Source: the human T2T-CHM13v2.0 reference genome, Homo sapiens. Taken from it: a DNA stretch of 64,000 nt. Under the pieces are notes generated by a model. The model did no database searches and was not told where the DNA came from. It was given only the letters and a program-made list of their open reading frames with translations. Shown here piece after piece: positions 55,560 through 64,000 of the stretch. The stretch lies in NCBI RefSeq assembly GCF_009914755.1, contig NC_060926.1; one strand, 5' to 3'. Each line of letters opens with the position of its first letter. Position 1 is the first letter of the stretch. The position numbers and the translations under genes are program-made.

Positions 55560-55920
55560 AGAGTAAAATACAGTAAGGGCAGGGATATAAGAGGATGTTC
55601 TAAGCAGAGGGGAATAGGAATGAGCTGAGATGCTTTCAGGAAACAACAGGAAGTCTGGGGGTGGGGAGGACAGGATAATGGAAGAAACACTTTCCAAGTG
55701 AGGAGAACCAGGCTTGACATACAATCAGTTGTACAAATAACAGAGATATTGCTCTCAGCCACGTGGAGCAAACGGAGAGCAAATAGTCCCGGGCTGGGAT
55801 GATGATGGCCTGGACTGAGGCTACAGGAGAACCAATGGAAAGGAGGGGTCAAGTTTGAAAACATGGTAGAGATAGAATCAACAAGACCAAATGACCTCTT
55901 GGAGTAAGAAATGGGAAAAG
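55560..55920 (-). mobile_element. L2 LINE fragment
   Basis: 'atgatggcctggactgagg...gaaaacatggtagagatagaatcaacaagacc'. Confidence 0.6.
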
Positions 55921-58034
55921 GTTGGCACCTAAGGTTCTTTTCAGATTTCTTATCCTCTCTAACCTTTCCCGCCCACATGACATTGCTTAACACTCCTGGC
56001 TTCTGGAAGCTTTTTCTGTTTCTTTAATGAGGCGGCACTGCCCTGCTTCTCCTTCTGGTCATGAGCAAAACAGAAATGACCTTTGGAAAGAAATTTATCT
56101 CTTCATTCCAACACTCATCTCTCCAAAAGATTAAGTGATTTATGTGACACTGGTCAAATCTGATTTAAGTAGTAGGTCTGAGCCCATGAGACTTATCTAC
56201 TAAGCTGAGTTCCATCCCCCAGGGAGAAAAAAAGGGAAGAGATTTGGTTGCAGGTGTGTACAGATGTGAGCTTGGGGAATTGAAATGTTACTAGGACTCT
56301 CTGCAGGAAACTTAATGCTTCATACCAGCAGGCAAAAATAGTTTGAGGTTCTTTCCCAAGACAGTGAGTTTTAAATAGAGATTTGATTTGGAATTGTCGA
56401 CATATAAATCTTCCTCCCAGGCTTCCACATGAAGCACACATTTGATCCTATAGACAGCAATGAGTCTTTAAGAGCCATAATGGCCCATCATGCCAGAGGG
56501 TATTTATGGATTTACAGAGTCTTCAGATATCTGGATCTTGTGCAAGCATGATAAAAGCCCTCTGAAATTTTTGCTCAAATAAATAAGTGCTTAGCTCGCT
56601 GTGTTTCTTAAATTAAATGTCTCAGCCATTGTTCACTTGTAAAATACCCAAGGGTCCTAGTCTACATTTTGGAGTAATGTGCTGCAACATTTCTGTTGGA
56701 AGAATAAAGCGGTTTAGGGGCTGTAGGAAATCACTAACTTCTATTTTTGTTTTTCACGCTGCTAATTTAATAGGAAATATGCTGCTGAGTACAAGTTTGA
56801 CGGCAGGCATTTCTCAAGCCATCTCTCCAGTGACCAACAAGGTTGATGGGAGTGAAATCGTTTTCTGTTTAAAAAACTGATTTGGAACATAGGTCAGTAA
56901 TTTTAGAAACCAAACGTGTTGTTAGATTCTTAACTGATAGGACTTAGAAGCTAATAGTTGTAGAGATGGGAATCTTGTCTGTAGGTTGAGTTTCTCATTG
57001 AGTTTTCTCATTTCCAGCAAGGAGCTGAAGAATTTTTACTATCTCACAAACCCTCTTCTTTCATAAGGAGAAATATTAAAAGTTATTTTCTGTATCTTCA
57101 TGAAATGCCTGTCATGATATGGAATTAACATACCCATTTTCATTGAATGCTTAAAACAAAGTATTTTATAAATTGTGGTAAATAAAGCCTCTGACAGGTA
57201 GCTGGTACTAGAGCAGTTAACTCTCTCAGAGGACCCTCAGGCTTCCTGGCATCTTCTGTATGCCATAAGCCAAGGTGCTTTGGCTTAATCCAAAACCAGA
57301 GGCCAACAGTTTACTGATCTGTGTCAGTTAGGTAAATCTCAATGCACAGAGATCACTGATTTTAAAAATATAAATGTTTTCCCAACCTATACTTCTTTGT
57401 GAGATAAGTATTGGGGAAGAGCTGAACATAATGTATCTTTCTTGGTTTGGGTTATTAAAATGGGAACATGTCATATAATGATAGCCACATATGGAGCAAA
57501 GTGTAATGTCTAGAGAAAGGCTGCTGCCACCATCATTACCACAGTGGCCTTCCCAGGCAATCTCCTAAATTCCCAGCAGAGAGGCAGAGTCATCTAGCTT
57601 GCTGATGTGGGAGCCAAGAAATTGAAAACAGTGGGGAAGAACAGGAGGACCTGTACCTGCTACCTCAGCCAAATTACCTGTATTGACTTTGAGTGAAGCC
57701 CCTTAGGTTTGAAAGAATAGTTGTTTTTGTAATTGTCAAGGGACAACTCGGTTTTTCTAAAAACTCTGAAGGTGAGCAGTCTCAACTCCCATTTACACAT
57801 GGAACACTAAAAAGCTATATGTAATTGAGGCTTCCCTATGAATCACACAGATTATGCCAATCAGATAATCAGGTATGCATTTAAAGAAAAAGCAGAAGAC
57901 TGTTAAGTCAGACACATGGAGGCAGCAGAGAGGAAGACATCATTCCAAAAAGAGATGGTAATCAGTTGGAAAAACTGAGTCCCAAGTCCTCTGTAGCGAC
58001 TCTTCTGGAAGACCCCAGAATCAACATTAAGGAT

Positions 58035-60313
58035 TGATATGGTTTGGCTCTGTGTCCCCACCCAAATCTCATCTTGTAGCTCCCATAATTCCCACGTGTT
58101 GTGGGAGGGAGCCAGTGGGAGATAATTGAATCATGGGGTGGGTCTTTCCTGTGCTGTTCTCCTGATAATGAATAAGTCTCATGAGATCAGATGGTTTAAA
58201 AAAATGGGAGTTTCCCTGCACAAGCTCCCTCTCTTGCTGCTCCCATGTAAGAAGTGCCTTTCACCTTCTGCCATGATTGTGAGGCCTCCCAAGCCATGTG
58301 GAACTGTAAGTCCATTAAACGTCTTTATTTTGTAAATTGCCCAGTCTCAGGTATGTCTTTATCAGCAGTGTGAAAATGGACTAATACAGTAAATTGGTAC
58401 CAGTAGAGTGATGCTGATGAAAAGATACCCAAAAATGTGGAAGCAACTTTGGAACTGGGTAACAGGCAGAGGTTAAAACAGTTTGGAGGGCTCAGAAGAA
58501 GACAGGAAAATGTCGGAAAGTTTGGAACTCTCTAGAGACTTGTTGAGTGGCTTTGACGAAAATGCTGACAGTGATAAGAATAACAAGGTCCAGATTGAGG
58601 TGGTGTCAGATGGAGATGAGGAACTTGTTGGGAACTGGAGCAAAGGTGGCTCTTGTTACGTTTTAGCAAAGAGACTGGTGGCATTTTGCCCTGTCCTAAA
58701 GATTTGTGGAACTTTGAACTTGAGAAAGATGATTTAGGGTATCTGGCAGAAGAAATTATTTAAGCAGCAAAGCATTCAAGAGGTGATTTGGGTGCTGTTA
58801 AAGGCATTCAGTTTTAAAAGGGAAACAGCATAAAAGTTTGAAAAATTTGTACCCTGACAATGCAGTAGAAAAGAAAATCCTATTTTCTGAGGAGAAATTC
58901 AAGCTGGCTGTGGAAAGTTGCATAAGTAACAAGGAGCTGAATGTTGATCACCAAGACAATGGGGAAAATATCTCCAGGGCATGTCAGAGAGACCTTTGCC
59001 ACAGCTCCTCCCATCACAGGCCCAGAGATTTAGGAGGAAAAAATGGTTTCATGGGCTGAGCCCAGGGTCATTCTTCTGTGTGCAGTCTAGGGACTTGGTG
59101 CCCTGTATCCCAGCTGCTCCAGCCATGTCTAAAAGGGGCCAAGGTACAGCTGTTGCTTTAGAGGGTGAAAGCCCCAAACCTTGGCAGCTTCCACATGGTG
59201 TTGAGCCCGCAGGTACACAGAAGTCAAGAATTGAGGTTTGGGAATCTTGCCTAGATTTCAGAGGATGGGTGGGAACGCCTGGATGTCCAGGCAGAAGTTT
59301 GCTGCAGGGCCAGGGCCCTCATGGAGAACCTCTGCTAGGGCAATACAGAAGGGAAATGTGGGGTCAGAGCCCCCACACAGAGTCCCTACTGGGGCACCAC
59401 CTAATGGAGCTGTGAGAAGAGGGCCAACGTCCTCTAGACACCAGAAAAGTAGATCCACTGACAGCTTGCACTGTGTGCCTGGAAAAGCTGCAGACACTCA
59501 GTGCCAGCCCATGAAAGCAGCCGGGAGTTGGGGCTGTACCCTGCAAAGCCACAGGGGCAGAGCTGCCCACTGCTGTGTGAGCCCACCTCTTGTAACAGTG
59601 TCACCTGGATGTGAGACATGGAGTCAAAGGAGATCATTTTGGAGCTTTAAGATTTTACTTCCTTGCTGAATTTCAGGCTTGCATGGTGCCTGTAGCCCCT
59701 TTGTTTTGGCCAATTTCTCCGATTTTGAACAGCTGTATTTAACCAATGCCTGTACCTCCATTGTATCTAGGAGGTAACTAACTTGCTTTTGATTTTGCAG
59801 GCTCATAGGCAGAAGGGATTTGCCTTGTCTCAGATGAGACTTTGTACTATGGACTTTTGAGTTAATGCTGAAATGAGTAAGACTTTGGGGGACTTTTGGG
59901 AAGGTCTGATTTGTTTTGAAATGTGAGGACATGAGATTTGGGAGGGGCCAAGTATGGAATGATAAGGTTTGGCTCTGTGTTCCCACCAAAATCTCATCTT
60001 GTAGTTCCCATAATTCCCACGTGTTGTGGGAGGTACCCAGTGGGAGATAATTAAATCATGAGGGCAGGTCTTTCATGTGCCACTCTCATGATAGTGAATA
60101 AGTTTCACGAGACGTGATGTTTTTAAAAATGGGAGTTTCCCTGCACAAGCTCTCTCTCTTGCTGCCACCATGGAAGAAGTGCCTTTCGCCTTCTGCCATG
60201 ATTGTGAGGCCTCCCTAGCCACATGGAACTGTAAGTCTGTTAAACCTCTTTCCTTTGTAAGTTGCCCAGTCTTGGGTATGTCTTTATCAGCAGTGTGAAA
60301 ATGGACTAATACA
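58035..60313 (+). mobile_element. Full-length THE1 (THE1B-like) MaLR: 5' LTR 58035-58388, internal 58389-59959, 3' LTR 59960-60313
   Basis: Two 354-bp direct repeats TGATA...CTAATACA; internal starts 'gtaaattggtacca', ends in purine tract 'gggaggggcca...gaa'; TSD aggat/gggat. Confidence 0.96.
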
Positions 60314-60763
60314 GGGATTGAACAGCTTTTCAGGTATATAAAGCCACAAACATTTCCTTGTTGTGAAGATATTTAGTCTCCAGGCAAGAGGGAAAACTCG
60401 TGTGTGTCTTTCCCTTAAGCTTTTTTCAGTTGGACCCCTGGGGGAATGCTTAGAGGATGTGGTGAAAAGCATTCCTTGAGTTTTCCAGCTTCTTCCTAGC
60501 ACTGTCCTCTAGTGTGGGACCACCAGCTTCCTCTGGATTCAGGGATGAAGGGATTGACAATGGTGCATAGGTCTAGGGGATTATCCTTTTGATTCTGACC
60601 ACTAAACTTAATTGGGTAAGCCATGGGGACCAGCTAAGACCACTAAGCAGAGAAATGGCATGATTAGGGTTGTGTTCTATAAAGCCCACTCTGGCAGCAG
60701 TGTGGAGAGATGAATTAGAACAAGAATAGGATGATGGCAGCAAACATTGCCGTAGGTATCTAT

Positions 60764-61098
60764 GGCCAGAGTGGTGGCTCACACCTATAATCCCAGCACA
60801 TTTTTAGGGAAACTGAGGTGGATCACTTGAGGCCAGGAGTTTGAAATTAGCCTGGGCAACATCATGAGACCCTGTCTCTACAAAAAAAAAAAAAAAAAAA
60901 AAAAAACTCCAAAGAATAACAGAAAAATTAGTCAGATGTCATGCTGTGTGCTTGTAGTCTTAACTACTTGAGAGGCTAAGGTGGGAGAATTGCTTAAGCC
61001 TGGAAGGCTGAGACTATGGTGAGCTGTGATTGCATCACTGTACTCCAGCCTGCATGATAGAACAATGCCCTGTCTCAAAAAAATACAATACAATAAAA
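60764..61098 (+). mobile_element. AluJ with expanded A25 middle linker
   Basis: 'cacttgaggccaggagtttga...cctgggcaacat'; pure A run 60882-60906. Confidence 0.9.
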
Positions 61099-61539
61099 AG
61101 TACTTTGAGAGAGGATAAGAATTTCAAGGACAGTGGCAATTACATTGACAACCATGGTCCTAACAAACCTCCTTGTGTCCCCAGACCATGTCATCCCCAC
61201 CTTGGTGGCTTTGGTGTCTATGTTTACCCACGAGCTGCTCCACATCTTCCTCAGATATGAGCTTACATATCATCAGCATGTCTGCTTCTAATATATTTTA
61301 ATGTGCATTCCTTACTGTAACAGATTTCTGGTAAATTTACAGTTTTGGCATAGGGCCATTTCCTCATCCTGCTCATAACTAAATCCAGCAAGATCTTCTT
61401 TACCTCTATTACATTCTAACTGCTGATCACAAAGTCAGGTAGTGCAGGAATAGACACATGGCGACAGCCTACAAACACCCTTTTTCAGGATGAGTAAAAT
61501 TAGAAAGGGACTCCATACAGCTGAGACCTATGTGGGTTC

Positions 61540-61572
61540 AAATAATAATAATAATAACAAAATAAATAAATA
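61540..61572. repeat. (AAT)n/(AAAT)n simple repeat
   Basis: aaataataataataataacaaaataaataaata. Confidence 0.8.
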
Positions 61573-61589
61573 TTACACCCTTGTACTTT

Positions 61590-62110
<521 letters not shown>

Positions 62111-62774
62111 CTCAGTGACGCTGTGCCACAGAGAGTATCATCGTTATTTCCTGCACAGATGCTCATCTATTTCTAGTCCAGTCCCATGATATAAGGGCAA
62201 ACTAAACCAAACTGCAGGCATTTCTCCCAATCCAATTCAAAATTGGAAGAAAAGCTTATCTTAAGCCTTAGAGGATTCTCTTAGATTTAATCCAGCACTT
62301 GAAATCTGAGTCTCAACAGAAGGGAATTTGTGGAAGGATCCAGACCAGATGAACTCTCAGACTCATCAGCATGGACCAAATCTAGGTCCTGTGAGAAAGG
62401 AACATAATTCATCCAGCACCCACAATGCCCCTCCTTCAAGGGTTGGTGACTAGACTCATCCCAGTCACCTTGCAGGAAATTCCTGGCACGAAACAAGCTC
62501 CAGTCCCAAATTTATGACACTTAGGCAGCTGACAGTCTTTGCAGACTTGAAAAGAGACTCAGATGAAGTTTTGTACATAGGCATTAATGCTATTTTAGCT
62601 ACAAGAGCTCTAGGCAGCCATATCTGCCAAGAGAAGTGGATTTTTCAGGCAGGGGTCTAAGATAGCTCCTTTACCTGCCATAGTAAATTGTCAGCTATAA
62701 AAAGTCATTCAGTCCCCAATGGAGAAGCTACTCCTGGTCAACAGTTAACTCATATTACAAAGAACATTTTAAAA

Positions 62775-62995
62775 GTCTGATGGCATAAAGAAAGTAAACA
62801 AAAGATTAATATCCAACATCTTTATGCAAGCAATATATCATTAATGATCATTATGGAGAACTTCCTTAGTTCAAATGAGGTTCCAGAAGACTGGAAGCAT
62901 TTCACTGTAGCACCAGTATTTATAATAGCCACCCTGGGGAACAGCAGGCCCATCAACTTGACATAGCTAATATGCAAGGTAATGGAAATAAGTAG
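62775..62995 (+). mobile_element. CR1/L3-type LINE ORF2 (reverse transcriptase) fossil
   Basis: Frame from 62841 reads LMIIMENFLSSNEVPEDWKHFTVAPVFIIATLGNSRPINLT*LICKVMEI, matching the CR1 motif LSIIF..S...GEVPEDWK.A.V.PIFK...PGNYRPISLTS..CK.ME. Confidence 0.82.
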
Positions 62996-63284
62996 AGGTG
63001 AAATGGAGCCACACGGACACTGAATTATCTTGGGAGCCAACTTCCATGCAAATAATTAGAAACTGCCCTGATTATTAGTAGAGTGGAGAGGACGCTGCCT
63101 CAAACACCTTAGGTCACATTTTAACTTACTATTTAAAACTGGCGCATCATGTTGTCCTGCTGCTTAAAATCACAGCAAAGAACACTGGATGCAATTGACA
63201 GAGGACAAATCATTTCTAATGAAATTTGAGGAAGGAGTTTGTTCACATGGTTTGGGAAGCAGCACAATATTGGAGATGAGGGTG

Positions 63285-63460
63285 GTCTGGATTTTAGTCC
63301 CTGTCCCAAGTGACTCACTGTGCACCATTTTATTATAAAATTCCTTTAACCTTTTATTAATTTTCTCAACTGTAAAATTTAGATAGTATTGCCTAACCTC
63401 TTGTCTCATTGTTTGTGTAAAACAAGAGAGATGAGCCTATATAAAAATACTTGGTAGAGT
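63285..63460 (+). mobile_element. MIR SINE (degraded)
   Basis: 'tctggattttagtccc...ttttctcaactgtaaaatt...tgcctaacctc'. Confidence 0.55.
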
Positions 63461-63900
63461 ATAAGACAGGAGAGGGAAATGCAGATGCATAAATGAGCGA
63501 AGTAGCTGCATGGAGGACGCTGGGGGATTTTGCAAACTGGTGAGACACACCCTATTTTTTAAAACGGCCTTTCAGCTCTAGCTCATTGTTGCCTTGCAGG
63601 AATGAAGGACTGGTGTTGCAGGCAGGTCTTCCCATTTTAAAGTAATATTGAAAATAGCTTTTCTTTTCTGATAAGTAATCTATTTTAAAATGCAGCAGTG
63701 AAAACAAAAGTTTCTAAAACTCTGTACATGCAGATTCCATACTATTCATGGACTATTAGTCCTCTCCCCCAAAGGGTCATATGGTATAAGGGTAATTGGG
63801 AATTTTATTAGTTGATAATAATAATTGCTAACATTTATAGAATTATAGACTAGAATATTAGTTGTGTGCTAGGTACTTATTTTCACTATGGAAATGAGGG

Positions 63901-63970
63901 TTTCCCTCCAGCTTTATTGAGGTATAACTGACACAAAAATTGTATATATTCAAGGTGTACAGCATGATAA
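63901..63970 (-). mobile_element. L1MA/MB 3' terminal fragment
   Basis: 'cagctttattgaggtataactgacacaaaaattgtatatattcaaggtgtacagcatgat'. Confidence 0.85.
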
Positions 63971-64000
63971 TTGGAGAGGTACTCTTCCAAATGTTATATA

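Noticed and set aside
58126-59989. Cluster of ORFs up to 144 aa (MEGSEEDRKM..., MSERPLPQ...)
   Set aside because: Fragmented THE1 internal and LTR sequence; not a host gene

Overview
Primate, almost certainly human, non-coding genomic DNA (intergenic or deep intronic), AT-rich and CpG-depleted. I find no credible protein-coding gene, tRNA, rRNA, CRISPR array or CpG island. The supplied ORFs are short chance ORFs or derive from Alu, MaLR or Tigger repeats. The window is a layered transposon record: 13 Alus (AluJ, AluS, AluY and one very young Ya5-lineage copy), a full-length two-LTR THE1 MaLR, about a dozen solo MaLR/ERVL LTRs, Tigger2 and MER5 DNA transposons, and many MIR, L2, old L1M and CR1/L3 fragments. 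It also has multi-kb repeat-poor stretches rich in POU/homeodomain motifs. I do not see a new multi-gene biological system. The best leads are several imperfect palindromes in unique DNA (about 22.1, 32.2, 38.5 and 46.7 kb), a dense AICE/octamer/E-box enhancer-like cluster at 50.3 kb, REST-like sites, a readable CR1 reverse-transcriptase fossil, a tandem Alu insertion into one target site, and the young Alu. Repeat subfamilies and the boundaries of old elements were called by eye from remembered consensus sequences and are approximate.
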